NCBI GenBank assembly: GCA_963760795.1
Contig: CAVXEP010000011.1
Location: 1-64,000 of the forward strand
Source of the DNA: an uncultured delta proteobacterium
GTDB taxonomy: Bacteria; Desulfobacterota; Binatia; UBA9968
Length of the DNA: 64,000 bases
Direction of reading: 5' to 3'
Below the pieces are notes generated by a model. The model was given only the letters and a program-made list of their open reading frames with translations, had not been told where the DNA came from and ran no database searches. Both the position numbers and the translations under genes were made by a program. Of the stretch, positions 30,365-40,626 are shown in pieces (the first letter of the stretch is position 1; every line of letters begins with the position of its first letter).

Positions 30365-31021
30365 TTATTTGGCAAATGGGCAGGAGCGGTTGTTTTGGAT
30401 GATCTTGCGGTTCTTGGCGTCGAATTCGCTGCGATATTCGAAGTTCTCGTGCATGATCGAGTTGAAGTCGTCGACATGTTCGGCGCCGAACACATGGCCA
30501 ACCTCGTGGACTAATGCGAGGACGTCGGAGTCTAGTTCCGTGGTCTGCCCAGTGTAGCGAAACAGTTTCCGTGTCGGCAGGATGATGTAGCGCGCCAAGC
30601 CTTGGCTGCAATTGCCGATGCGATCGACGCGCGGCCGGCCGTCGCTAAGGATGCGGCTGACATTTTCCCCGGAAAAAGCGACGACAATGTCATAGCTGCC
30701 ATCCGCTGATGTGACCGGGAATTGTTTCAGTAAGCGCGCCAGCAAGGTTGGCGTGGACGGCACTCTCTCGTTTTCGGGCCAAGCGGCAACGCTTTGGGTA
30801 ATCAGTCGAATGCCGAACTCTTGTTCATAGTAGTCCGATGCCGCCTCGATCAGACCGCGAGCCTCTCGGTCCCACCCAGGATTTCGATTTCTGAAAGGGA
30901 CGTCCACCAGCGCCTTGACCCGAACCACGCGCGCGGGCGGCGATGGCTCGAAGGCCGAGCAGGCGGCGAGGAAGACGAGCGCGCTAAGGATTGAGCAGAT
31001 TGTCCGTCGGTGCGAAATCAT
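30365..31021 (-). CDS. Lipoprotein zinc metallopeptidase (metzincin-like)
   Basis: Lipobox FLAAC, HEVGHVFGAEH and Met-turn SIMHE. Confidence 0.8.
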   Translation of the reverse strand: MISHRRTICSILSALVFLAACSAFEPSPPARVVRVKALVDVPFRNRNPGWDREARGLIEAASDYYEQEFGIRLITQSVAAWPENERVPSTPTLLARLLKQFPVTSADGSYDIVVAFSGENVSRILSDGRPRVDRIGNCSQGLARYIILPTRKLFRYTGQTTELDSDVLALVHEVGHVFGAEHVDDFNSIMHENFEYRSEFDAKNRKIIQNNRSCPFAK

Positions 31022-32513
31022 CGGTCAGGATCGGGGCGTCCTCCGGCAGCGGCCGGTCATAGTAGGCGACGGCAATGTCTTGGACTGGGTCGGGAAACAG
31101 CCCCTTGTCGAGAGCCGTGGCGCGTTTGACGATTTCCTTGATGTCGACGCGCTGCTTGTCCCTGGTGGCGACGACGATGACGTTTTGGATGGTTTCCAAG
31201 CTGACATTGTCGGGGCGTCGCGATGCGAATATATAGGTCTGCGGGAAAACCTGCCGTTGGGTGCGGATAAAAGAACGTGCGATCTTGCCCGAAGGGCCGG
31301 TGACCGCACTGATGAGATTGGACACAATGATGCCGTTGGGGGCGAGCTTTTTCTGTGCCAGTTCGAAAAATTGTTTGGTGGCCAAATGAAACGGCATCGA
31401 GTCGGTGAAGTAGGCGTCGAGCATAATGATGTCGTACTGATGCTGGGTTCGCGTCAAGAACAACCGGCCGTCCTGCGCGTGCAGCGCAAGATTCTTATTT
31501 TCGGCGAGGTTGAAATGATCTTTGGCGATCCGAATCACTTCAGGGTCGAGATCAATGCCGTCGATGACGAGATTGGGAAATTCCTTGTTGAGCTTTTTCG
31601 GAATCGACCCGCCGCCGACGCCGATCAGCAGCATGCGTTTGGCATCCGGACGGAACGTCATGCCGATCGATGTGTAGCGTGAATAGACCAGCCGCAGCGC
31701 CGTCGGGTCTTTGAGCGTCATCGCGCTCTGCAGCGTGCGGTCGAAGTACATGTAGCGCGCTTCTTCATCCTCCTCGACGCGGATGCGATGGTAAAAAGTA
31801 TCTTTTTGCAACAAAGTTTTCGCCCAAGCGACGGGCGTCCCGATCAAGTTGAACGAGCCGAACAACAACCAGCTCGCGGTGACCGCCCGCGTCACCGCCA
31901 TGCGTTGCAGCCGCATCAAAGGTACTACAATAAGCGATAAAACCACCAGAGTGACCCCCAAAGAATGAATAATATTGCTGACGCCTAATACCGGTATCAG
32001 ATAAAACGCGGTAAGCAACGTGCCGAAAATACTGCCGGCGGTGGACACCGCGTAGAGCGTGCCGGCGGTGCTGCCGACGGTGTTAATCTTGGTCGCTGCC
32101 AGACGAATGACATAGGGCGAGACCGTGCCGAGAAAGACTCCCGGCAAGAGAAACAGCACGCCGCACGCCAAGAGCGGGCTCAGGCGAATGCCGAGATCGA
32201 AGCTGGCGATCCAGTCGTTCATCGCCGGATAGACGAACGGCAGAAAAAATATCACGCCCCCTGGGATCGCCAAGAGAGTCGCGAGCTTGCCATAGGAGGG
32301 TTCGCGCGCCGACAACCAACCGCCCCAGTAGTAACCGATGCTGAGCGCGGTCATGACTACCGAGATCAAGCTGCCCCAGACAAAGATCGAGCTGCCGAAG
32401 TTGGGCGCCAGGACGCGGCTGCCGGCAATCTCCAACGCCATCAAGACCGCTCCGCTGACGAATACCACCAAGTAATGCAGGAGCTGCACCATGTTTAACT
32501 CTCCCAATTCCAA
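30984..32513 (-). CDS. Membrane domain fused to a spermidine-synthase-like domain
   Basis: N-terminal TM region (GAVLMALEI...PNFGSS); LLIGVGGG, DGRLFL, DIIMLDAY, ILTDDFAP. Confidence 0.88.
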   Translation of the reverse strand: MELGELNMVQLLHYLVVFVSGAVLMALEIAGSRVLAPNFGSSIFVWGSLISVVMTALSIGYYWGGWLSAREPSYGKLATLLAIPGGVIFFLPFVYPAMNDWIASFDLGIRLSPLLACGVLFLLPGVFLGTVSPYVIRLAATKINTVGSTAGTLYAVSTAGSIFGTLLTAFYLIPVLGVSNIIHSLGVTLVVLSLIVVPLMRLQRMAVTRAVTASWLLFGSFNLIGTPVAWAKTLLQKDTFYHRIRVEEDEEARYMYFDRTLQSAMTLKDPTALRLVYSRYTSIGMTFRPDAKRMLLIGVGGGSIPKKLNKEFPNLVIDGIDLDPEVIRIAKDHFNLAENKNLALHAQDGRLFLTRTQHQYDIIMLDAYFTDSMPFHLATKQFFELAQKKLAPNGIIVSNLISAVTGPSGKIARSFIRTQRQVFPQTYIFASRRPDNVSLETIQNVIVVATRDKQRVDIKEIVKRATALDKGLFPDPVQDIAVAYYDRPLPEDAPILTDDFAPTDNLLNP

Positions 32514-34495
32514 TAAGAGCCCTCGGGCACGAGGGCGACCGGCTCGAGCATGCGCGACGACATGCCGTCGATAAACTGCGAAGGTTGAGACAATACCATG
32601 CGCAAGGTTTTGTCGAAAACCCGGGTTGGATACGAGATGAAAAGATTTTGCTTCGCCCGGGTGGCGGCGACATAGAGCAGGCGGCGCTCTTCTTCCAAGT
32701 CTTCTTGGGAGTTGGTGTTGTAGAGCGACGGGAAGCGGCCTTCGAGCGCCCAGATAATGAATACCGAGTGAAACTCCAACCCCTTGGCCGAATGAATTGT
32801 CGACAGGATCAGCGGCCCTTCGTCGGGATCGACGGCCAGGACGCCGCCGATGCTATCGTTGGGCGGTTCCAGGGCCATGTCGCTGAGCAGCCGTTCGAGA
32901 CTGCGATAGCGCTCGGTCATGCTCTGGAAGTGTTCCATGTCTCGCAGACGCTTGGGATGATCGTCGGGATAGTGCTGTTTCAAGATCGGCAGATAATACT
33001 GCATCAAGTACTGCGCCTGCTCGGACGGCAGTTCGGCCTTGGCTGCTTCTTCCAACACTTGAGCGAGAGTTCGCAGCCCCTGGGCAATCTTGCCCTTGGC
33101 GTTGTAACTGCGCAGCCGCTCGACGGCGTTGCCGCCTTCGAGCAGCCATTTGATTACTTTCTGGCTGGCGCCGGGGCCGATGCCTTCGTGCAGCATCAAC
33201 ACGCGGTTCCACGATACCGCGTCCTGCGGATTGGCGATGATTCGTAAATGCGCCAGCAGATCTTTGACATGGGCCGCTTCCATGAACTGAAAGCCGCCCC
33301 GTTTGACGAATGGAATGTTGTGGCGCGCCAGCTCGATTTCCAGGTCGAAGGAGTGAAAGCTCGAACGGAACAGCACGGCGATGTCCCACAGCGGCACGCC
33401 TTGCTCGCGCAATTCCAAAACTTTCTGGCAGACGAACTGCGATTGCATCTGCTCGCTGTCGGCCTGGACCAGCTTGGGCCGGGTGCCGACGCTTTTGCGC
33501 GTGAACAGCCGCTTCTCGTAGCCTTCCTTGGCGCGGCTGATGATCTCGTTGGTGACGTTCAAGATCGGCTGGGTGCTGCGATAATTCTCTTCCAACTTGA
33601 TGATGCGCGTGCCGGGAAAATGCTTGGGAAAGTCCATGATGTTGCGAAAGTTGGCGCCGCGAAACGAATAGATGCTCTGGGCATCGTCGCCGACCACCGC
33701 GACGTTGTCGTGGGTCGCGGCCAGCAGGCGGACGATCTCCGCCTGCAAATGATTGGTATCCTGATACTCGTCGACCATGATGTAACGATAGGTGTCGGAC
33801 AGGCGGCTGCGGATCTCCGCATGATCGGCGAGCAGATCGCGCAGCTTGGTCAATAGATCGTCGTAGTCGATCAGGGATTTGGTTCTTTTGTAATCCGTAT
33901 AGCGGCGCTGGATTTCGCCAAGTTCGAAATTCACCTCGACCAGATGGGGATACTCGAGTTCCAACAGATCGTTCAACGGAATTTTCTTGTTGAGCGTCAT
34001 GCTCAAGATCTCGGCCACGGTCTGTTTGCGCGGGAAGCGTTTCTCCTTGGTATTGAGCCCCATGTCGGCGCGGATGAGCTGGATGATATCCTCGCTGTCG
34101 GGACGGTCCATGATGGTGAACGACGAAGCGAGATTGATATGACGGCCATGCACGCGCAGCACCAGATTGGCGAACGAGTGAAATGTCCCGCCGGCGATCT
34201 GGTTGCACCGGCCATCGATCAATAAACTGGCGCGGCGAATCATCTCCTCGGCGGAGCGCCGGGTAAAAGTGAGCAAGAGTATCGACCGCGGATCGATCCC
34301 TTGATCGATCAGATGGGCGACGCGATAGACCAGCGTGCGGGTCTTGCCCGTGCCGGCGCCGGCGATGATCAAAAGCGACCCGTCGATCGCCGTCGCCGCC
34401 TCATACTGCGCCTCGTTCAACTCCTTGCGGTAGTCGAGCCCTGAGCTGTTACGAATCGTTTCGCTTAGATCTTTAAGAATGTAAGTGGTGGTCAA
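32495..34495 (-). CDS. UvrD/PcrA/Rep-family ATP-dependent helicase
   Basis: AGAGTGKT, VDEYQDTN, VGDDAQSIYSFRGA, ENYRST, TIHSAKGLEF, EERRLLYVAATRA. Confidence 0.95.
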   Translation of the reverse strand: MTTTYILKDLSETIRNSSGLDYRKELNEAQYEAATAIDGSLLIIAGAGTGKTRTLVYRVAHLIDQGIDPRSILLLTFTRRSAEEMIRRASLLIDGRCNQIAGGTFHSFANLVLRVHGRHINLASSFTIMDRPDSEDIIQLIRADMGLNTKEKRFPRKQTVAEILSMTLNKKIPLNDLLELEYPHLVEVNFELGEIQRRYTDYKRTKSLIDYDDLLTKLRDLLADHAEIRSRLSDTYRYIMVDEYQDTNHLQAEIVRLLAATHDNVAVVGDDAQSIYSFRGANFRNIMDFPKHFPGTRIIKLEENYRSTQPILNVTNEIISRAKEGYEKRLFTRKSVGTRPKLVQADSEQMQSQFVCQKVLELREQGVPLWDIAVLFRSSFHSFDLEIELARHNIPFVKRGGFQFMEAAHVKDLLAHLRIIANPQDAVSWNRVLMLHEGIGPGASQKVIKWLLEGGNAVERLRSYNAKGKIAQGLRTLAQVLEEAAKAELPSEQAQYLMQYYLPILKQHYPDDHPKRLRDMEHFQSMTERYRSLERLLSDMALEPPNDSIGGVLAVDPDEGPLILSTIHSAKGLEFHSVFIIWALEGRFPSLYNTNSQEDLEEERRLLYVAATRAKQNLFISYPTRVFDKTLRMVLSQPSQFIDGMSSRMLEPVALVPEGSYWNWES

Positions 34496-34597
34496 GGAAA
34501 CTCCGGTTGCAGGGTAAATTACCTACTTTCTCTCAGCCCGGCAAGCGGTTGGCGCAAATTGAAGGAGCAAATTGAAAACTGATTGGATTTGTTGTCT

Positions 34598-34750
34598 AGC
34601 ACGCCGCGACTTGCCCGCGCCGCAAAGATAAACCGATTCAAGAGTATTGGTCTCGCCGCACGGATAATTCGCACAGCACGCCGAGACTTGCCTGCGCCGC
34701 AAAGATAAACCGATTCAAGAGTATTGGTCTCGCCGCACGGATTATTCGCA
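34598..34750. repeat. Two-copy tandem direct repeat, 77-bp period
   Basis: AGCACGCCGnGACTTGCCnGCGCCGCAAAGATAAACCGATTCAAGAGTATTGGTCTCGCCGCACGGATnATTCGCA starting at 34598 and 34675. Confidence 0.92.
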
Positions 34751-34936
34751 GGATATCCTACGCGGTTTAGTTCTCCGATTTCACTGAGTTAACTGGTTCG
34801 CGCTGATAATCGTCAGTAGGCTATCTCCTACAAGCGCGTTACGACGATGTCGCGGCAATTATTGAGTTAGTGCTTCAATCTAAGCAGGTTAGGTCGATTC
34901 CTTCGCAGTTGATACGCCGATGCCGAACCTTGTCAT

Positions 34937-35290
34937 GGCCTGCGCCCGGTGCCCGATGCATCGAGCTATCATACGATAAATTCTTGCGGCAATACCATCA
35001 TCACTCCCCGAACTGCGTAACGATTTTGCTTACTGGATCACCCGCTGAACGAAGCGACGTCGGGCGGGCAACTATCTAGCGTCGGCATCGTCCAGTTTCA
35101 TTTGGTTTACGGCATTGCACCCGCCTATCAGCGATTTGTTCGACGGCTATTTGCAATCGGCGTAGCGCAGCGTCGACGCCCCCTCAAGGGCCAGGCGTTT
35201 TACTTCATGTCGACACAAACTTTCTTCTTGGCGACTGGTTGCGAGGCGCGGGACTTGGCCGAGTTTGCCGACGCCTTGCGCTATATCAAA
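34937..35290 (+). pseudogene. Degraded DUF5752-like gene upstream of otsAB
   Basis: Pieces across frames: GLRPVPDASSYHT, KFLRQYHHHSP, DFAYWIT, QLSSVGIVQF, GQAFYFMSTQTFFLATGCEARDLAEFADALR. Family call is from recall. Confidence 0.6.
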
Positions 35291-35371
35291 GTTTATTTGT
35301 TGGCGTTTCTCTCACTGGAACACAATGACGACATCGAGCACTTGTGACTCGCACCGGTCGGCGCTACGATC

Positions 35372-37645
35372 ATGAGTATGGAAAATCAGCCGGCGCAAAG
35401 AATCGTCCTGGTGTCCAATCGCTTGCCCTTCACGGTGGCGACGGTTGACGGCGCCGTCGAGTTTCTTCCCAGCGCCGGCGGTGTCGCCACCGGCCTGCAT
35501 GCGCTGCTGACGGCGGCCCATACTCCCATCCTCGAAAACACGGAATATGTTTGGATCGGCTGGCCTGGCGCCGCGGTCAGCGAGGAGTCGCGCGACCAGG
35601 TGCGCGCGGAAGCGCTTTCGCGCTATCACGCTTCGCCGGTGTTTTTGTCCGAGGCGGAAATCGAGTCCTTTTATTCCGGCTTTTGCAATAAAACGATTTG
35701 GCCGCTGTTTCACTATTTCCCCCAATATGCCCGCCATGAGCCGGAGTATTGGGCGCACTACCTCAAGGTCAACCAGGCCTTCGCCGACGCCGCGCTGGAA
35801 GTTCTCCGTCCCGGCGATCTGCTCTGGATTCACGACTATCACCTGATGCTGTTGCCGCAGCTGATTCGCGCCCGGCTACCGCAGCTGTCCATCGGTTTCT
35901 TTTTGCATATCCCGTTTCCCCACTACGAGATTTTCCGGCTGTTGCCGGAGCAGTGGCGGCGCGAACTGCTCGAAGGGCTGCTGGGCTCCGACGTGATCGG
36001 CTTTCATACCTTCGACTATGGCCAATATTTTCTTCGCTGTGTGCTGCGCGTGCTCGGCCATGAAAGCCACATGGGTAGACTCTTGGTCGGCGATCGCAGC
36101 GTCAAAGTCGGCGCGTTTCCCATGGGCGTGCCCTTCGATAAATTTGCCGCCGCCGCGGCCAGCGGCGCGGTGGCGGAGGAGGCGCAAACGCTGCGCGGCA
36201 TGCTGCCCGGCACTAAACTGGTACTGTCCATCGACCGCCAGGATTATTCCAAGGGGATTCTTCATCGGCTGCAAGGGTTCGAGTCGATGCTCGAAGCCAA
36301 TCCGCACTGGCGCGGCCAGGTCACGTTGCTGATGGTCGTGGTGCCGTCGCGCATCGGCATCGAAGACTACGAGCAGATGAAGAAGCAGATCGAAGAGCTG
36401 GTCGGCAGGATTAACGGCAAGTTTGGCGATATCGGCTGGACGCCGATCCTTTACCAGTACCGCAGTCTGTCCTTCGACTCGTTGGTGGCGCTGTACTCGA
36501 TCAGCGACGTGGCCCTGGTGACGCCGCTGCGCGACGGCATGAATCTGATTGCCAAAGAATATATCGCCAGCCGGTTGCACAACGACGGCGTGCTGATTCT
36601 CAGCGAGATGGCCGGCGCTGCGCGCGAGCTTGGCGAAGCCATCATCATCAATCCCAATATCCGTGACGAAATCGCCAGCGCTTTGGTCGCGGCCTTGAAT
36701 ATGCCGGCGATGGAGCAAGGCCGGCGCATGGAAATCATGCAAGAGCGGTTGTCGCGCTGCGATCTGTCCCAGTGGGCGCAAGATATTTTGCGCGAGCTGG
36801 TCGCGGTCCAGCCCAGCCGCCAGCGGGTATTTGCCAAGCTCCTTGGCCTTCAGGAAATGGCTGCGCTCCTAAACCACTACCGCCGGGCGCCGCGCCGGCT
36901 GATCATGCTCGATTTCGACGGCACCCTGGTGCCGCTGGTCGACGATCCGCGGCGCGCCAACCCGACGCCGGCGCTGTTGAAGATTCTCGCTTCGCTGGCC
37001 GCCGATCCGGCTAACGAATTGGTTCTGATCAGCGGTCGCGACCGGGCGACATTACATGAATGGTTTGCCAACCTGCCGGTGGGCCTGGCCGCCGAACATG
37101 GCGCATGGCGTAAAAAGCGCTCACAACAATGGACCTTGGCGCGCAACTTGAGCTGCGACTGGAAGCCAAAGCTCAGTCCGATGATGATCCAGTACGCCGA
37201 CCGGCTGCCCGGGGCATTCGTCGAAGAAAAAGAATTCTCCCTGGTCTGGCACTATCGCCGCGCCGACTCGGAACAAGGCATGGTGGTGGCGCGCGAGCTA
37301 ATGGACGATCTGCTGCTTTTCACCGGCAATATCGACGTGAAAGTTGTCCAGGGCAATAAAATCGTCGAAGTTCGCAGCTTGGGTCTCGCCAAGTCGTTGG
37401 CGGCACGCAGCTGGTTGCGCGACGGCGAGTTCGATTTCATTCTTGCCGTCGGCGACGATCACGACGATGAAGAACTGTTCGGCGTGTTGCCACAGCAAGC
37501 CTACTCCATCCGCGTCGGCATCACCCAAACTGCGGCGCGCTTCAACCTGCGCGAGCCCAAGGAAGTGGTCACGCTGCTCGAAGCCTTGACGGAAGCCCAC
37601 GCCTTGACGCGGCCGGCGGGGAGTCCGAGCGGGCCGTTGGGTTGA
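35372..37645 (+). CDS. otsA: Bifunctional trehalose-6-phosphate synthase/phosphatase (OtsA-OtsB fusion)
   Basis: VSNRLP, WIHDYHL, FFLHIPFP, RDGMNL, LSEMAGA; HAD domain LDFDGTL and VGDD. Confidence 0.95.
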   Translation: MSMENQPAQRIVLVSNRLPFTVATVDGAVEFLPSAGGVATGLHALLTAAHTPILENTEYVWIGWPGAAVSEESRDQVRAEALSRYHASPVFLSEAEIESFYSGFCNKTIWPLFHYFPQYARHEPEYWAHYLKVNQAFADAALEVLRPGDLLWIHDYHLMLLPQLIRARLPQLSIGFFLHIPFPHYEIFRLLPEQWRRELLEGLLGSDVIGFHTFDYGQYFLRCVLRVLGHESHMGRLLVGDRSVKVGAFPMGVPFDKFAAAAASGAVAEEAQTLRGMLPGTKLVLSIDRQDYSKGILHRLQGFESMLEANPHWRGQVTLLMVVVPSRIGIEDYEQMKKQIEELVGRINGKFGDIGWTPILYQYRSLSFDSLVALYSISDVALVTPLRDGMNLIAKEYIASRLHNDGVLILSEMAGAARELGEAIIINPNIRDEIASALVAALNMPAMEQGRRMEIMQERLSRCDLSQWAQDILRELVAVQPSRQRVFAKLLGLQEMAALLNHYRRAPRRLIMLDFDGTLVPLVDDPRRANPTPALLKILASLAADPANELVLISGRDRATLHEWFANLPVGLAAEHGAWRKKRSQQWTLARNLSCDWKPKLSPMMIQYADRLPGAFVEEKEFSLVWHYRRADSEQGMVVARELMDDLLLFTGNIDVKVVQGNKIVEVRSLGLAKSLAARSWLRDGEFDFILAVGDDHDDEELFGVLPQQAYSIRVGITQTAARFNLREPKEVVTLLEALTEAHALTRPAGSPSGPLG

Positions 37646-37659
37646 CGGAAAAGGGTTTT

Positions 37660-37781
37660 ACCACAAAGCGAGAATTTCGGATTCGAAATGTTAGCCGCAA
37701 AGATCGCAATACACGCTAACAATATTTCAGAAACGTCGGAGCGGGGTTGATACCCGCGCTCTTATCTTTGTGTCCGTCGTG
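37660..37781 (+). repeat. Composite intergenic element homologous to 21983-22132
   Basis: ACCACAAAG, TTCGGATTCGAA, AGCCGCAAAG arm, TTCAGA, GTCGGAGCGGGGTTGATACCCGCGCT, CTTTGTGTCC. Confidence 0.75.
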
Positions 37782-37797
37782 AGCAAGCGGCCCGACA

Positions 37798-38424
37798 CTA
37801 GCGGTTTATGCTGAAGATCAGGAACGACTGGCGGTCGAGGAAGGTCAGTTCTTGTTGCAGCGTGTAGCCGGCCTGTTCCATCTCGCGTTTAATGAACTCT
37901 GCCGGGGTGTAGTGGCGCAACAGCCCTGCCAGCCAGGCGCGCCGGTCGAAGTCGATGATGGCGATGCGGCCGGCGGGTTTTAAATATTTGCGCAGGTTTG
38001 AAAAGTAGACGATGCGGTTGTCGAAGTGATGGTAGGTATTGCTGGTAAAGATCAGATCGACGGCGGATTCCGGCAGCAGCGGGTCATTCGATTTCGCGAG
38101 GATGGTTGTGATGTTATCGGCGCCATCTTTCTTGGCCCGTTCGGCGATCAATTGGTTGGTGCCTTGATCAATATCGACGGCGTAGACTTTGCCGCTCGGA
38201 CCGACTGCCTTGGCGAGATGGAAAGTAAAGTAGCCGCCGCCGGCGCCAAGGTCGGCGATCTCAGCGCCAGGCGGGATCTGCAATGTAGCGATTACCTTGT
38301 CCGGCTGCTGCCATTGGTCGCGGTCGATGCCTTGGTAGGCCCATTGCTTGAGCCTGCTGCAGCCAGCATTGAAGCAGCAGAGAAGAACGAGAAGGTAAAT
38401 TAGTTTTTGCTGATTCCGAGACAT
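37798..38424 (-). CDS. Class I SAM-dependent methyltransferase with N-terminal signal-like segment
   Basis: RDQWQQP, ADLGAGGGYFT, VYAVDI, NTYHHF. Confidence 0.88.
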   Translation of the reverse strand: MSRNQQKLIYLLVLLCCFNAGCSRLKQWAYQGIDRDQWQQPDKVIATLQIPPGAEIADLGAGGGYFTFHLAKAVGPSGKVYAVDIDQGTNQLIAERAKKDGADNITTILAKSNDPLLPESAVDLIFTSNTYHHFDNRIVYFSNLRKYLKPAGRIAIIDFDRRAWLAGLLRHYTPAEFIKREMEQAGYTLQQELTFLDRQSFLIFSINR

Positions 38425-38647
38425 TGCCGCTCAAAACTTATGCACTACGAAGTGAATCGCGATTACCCACTCCCACAGATAATTAAGCGACCCGTCGAGC
38501 GCGTTGGTCCTGCTCGAGTGAGGAGTAAGTAACATCATCAACGCAGGCGTGGCAGCCCGCTGCCCACCGGCTTTCGCAATGCCGTCGAGGGGTGGCATGC
38601 ACCGCCGAGCACAGGGGTGTACTCTCTGGCCGAAACGATCTGATCGT

Positions 38648-38698
38648 TTCGGCGGTTCAAAACGTTCCAATCGTTCAAGCCGTTCAAAACCTTTCGGA
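38648..38698. repeat. GTTCAA arm ending in TTCGGA
   Basis: GTTCAAAACGTTCCAATCGTTCAAGCCGTTCAAAACCTTTCGGA. Confidence 0.75.
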
Positions 38699-38748
38699 TA
38701 TGCCGGCCGGAGACGCTGATCACACGCCGACGAAGAGGATCACATTTC

Positions 38749-39511
38749 CTATTTCCCACCGGCCAGTAACTTACCCCAGCCTTGCACGGGCGGAATGATG
38801 CCGGGGCGCACCAAGTCGTTCCACACCTCCGTGCTCATGTTGGTGAAAGCCGGTTTGCCAAATTCGTCCTCGATGGCGGGGATGACGTGGAGCGCCATGG
38901 CGGCGCCGCCGGGGATTGAGATGGCTTGGGCCTCGGGCCAAGTTCTCGCGGCTTCCCGACCGACTTCGAGGGCCATTGCCAAACCTTCTTCCAGGCTCAT
39001 GGCGAATGAATCCGATGCCCACTGATTTCTTTTGGTGATGCCGAGGACTTGGATGCCGCCTTCTTTCAAGTACTGAATGATCGCGTTGTTGACCTTGTCC
39101 GCCCAGCGGCTGCCGACAGCGATTTTCGTGAGACCGAGATGCTTGAGCGCCGCGAGCAGCGCTTCCAACGGCGCATCGGCCGTGATGCCGGTCTTCTCTT
39201 TGGTTTGCTTGAGTAAATCCAGCACCCTTGTGCGGGTCAGACACCGCGGAGATGGGCGCGCCGCTGAAAATAATATGATCGACTTTTTCTTTGACCAGGC
39301 GGTCGACGCAGGTCCAATAATTTTTGATCGCTTTCTCGACGCCTTCTTCGGTGTAGTTCTCCAAGCCCAGGCCGGTGGCGATTTCGATGAAATCGAGCGG
39401 CAGCAGCTTATACAGCTGGTAACTGCGGGCACGCGAGACCTCCTCATTGGCGCGCGGTTGGATGACGCCGTAGCGAAAACGGGGGAGCAGCTTGCTGATG
39501 TAGTCGGCCAT
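38749..39511 (-). CDS. Maleate isomerase/arylmalonate decarboxylase (Asp/Glu racemase) family; frameshift at ~39241
   Basis: Two ORFs join at PISAV|LTRTRVL; LKHLGLTKIAV, IPAIEDEFGKP, VQGWGKLL. Confidence 0.75.
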
Positions 39512-39548
39512 TTTGTTGTCCTCCTTTTATTGTTTGTTGTTCCCGGAA

Positions 39549-39571
39549 GGGCGACCGCCGGTCGCCCCTAC
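39549..39571 (-). repeat. GTAG-type REP
   Basis: Minus strand GTAGGGGCGACCGGCGGTCGCCC. Confidence 0.8.
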
Positions 39572-39633
39572 AGTCGGCAAATTTAGTGAATTTTTCATCA
39601 CCGGTCAATTTTTATCTGACCACCGGTGATCGA

Positions 39634-40626
39634 TTATTTATTCCAGAGGGTCGCGAAAAACCCCTCTTTCACAAGTTCCAGCACCAAGCTGTTGTCATAA
39701 AACTGTTCAGCCTTCGCTTGTTTGGCTTTGGGATTTTTCCTGCCGCTCTCATCCATGGTCACCTGAATCGCCTCGCGCTTGACCAGGGGGATTTTTTGCA
39801 CGAAATCGTAGGCGTACTGCAGGGTGCCCTCGAGCATGATCGGATCGCTGACCTTTGTGTAGCGCGAAACGATCGCCTTCGATTCCTCTTTTCGGGTATG
39901 CATGAAATGCACCGCGCTGCCGTAACCGCGCACGAACGCCTTGGCCTGAGCCCTGCGCTCGCGCAAGAATTTACCGGTCGTCGTCAGACCCTGATGGAGA
40001 AAAGGGATCTCCTCTTTGGCTAGATTGGCCAGCACCTTCATCCCGGCTTGCTGCGCCACCAGCCCCATGGGGTAGGACATGGCCGCGGCGTAGATGGATT
40101 TCTTGGAGAGCGCCGCGGCCAACTCCGGCAGTCCGCCGATTTGGATGATTGGCACATCCCGGATCGGCTCAAGACCGTATTTTCTAAGAAACATTTGAAT
40201 GCCAAAGTCGGTAGTGGCGCCGAATCGGCTCACACCAACGGGCTTACCCCGAAGGTCCGCGACGCTCTTGATCTCCGGCGCTGCGATAACATAAAGCGCG
40301 ACAAAATTGACGATGGCGCCCACCGCCACGAGATCGCCCCCCTGAAGGCCGGTGTCGACCACGGCCTGGCTGTTAGTGGTGGAGATGGCGACCTCGCCGG
40401 CCAGCATCGCTTGCGCCATGGTTGATGAGGAGGCGATATAGATGAGATCGGCATCGAGCCCTTCTTGCTTGAAGAAGCCGGCGTCCTTCATGATCCAGAA
40501 AGGGGCTTGTATCGCGGTGACCCCAGAATAACCGACCATCAATTTTTGCGCTGCGGCGATACTAGGAAGAACAAAAATTGCGACGATATACAGCAGGATG
40601 TACCGACGAGCATTGCGCTCTTTCAT
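39634..40626 (-). CDS. ABC substrate-binding protein, NMT1/SsuA family
   Basis: GFFKQEGLD, DLRGKPVGVSRFG, FYDNS; GGAGGAG RBS. Confidence 0.88.
   Translation of the reverse strand: MKERNARRYILLYIVAIFVLPSIAAAQKLMVGYSGVTAIQAPFWIMKDAGFFKQEGLDADLIYIASSSTMAQAMLAGEVAISTTNSQAVVDTGLQGGDLVAVGAIVNFVALYVIAAPEIKSVADLRGKPVGVSRFGATTDFGIQMFLRKYGLEPIRDVPIIQIGGLPELAAALSKKSIYAAAMSYPMGLVAQQAGMKVLANLAKEEIPFLHQGLTTTGKFLRERRAQAKAFVRGYGSAVHFMHTRKEESKAIVSRYTKVSDPIMLEGTLQYAYDFVQKIPLVKREAIQVTMDESGRKNPKAKQAKAEQFYDNSLVLELVKEGFFATLWNK

Noticed and set aside
34598-34750. CRISPR array
   Set aside because: Only two abutting 77-bp copies, no unique spacers and no cas genes.
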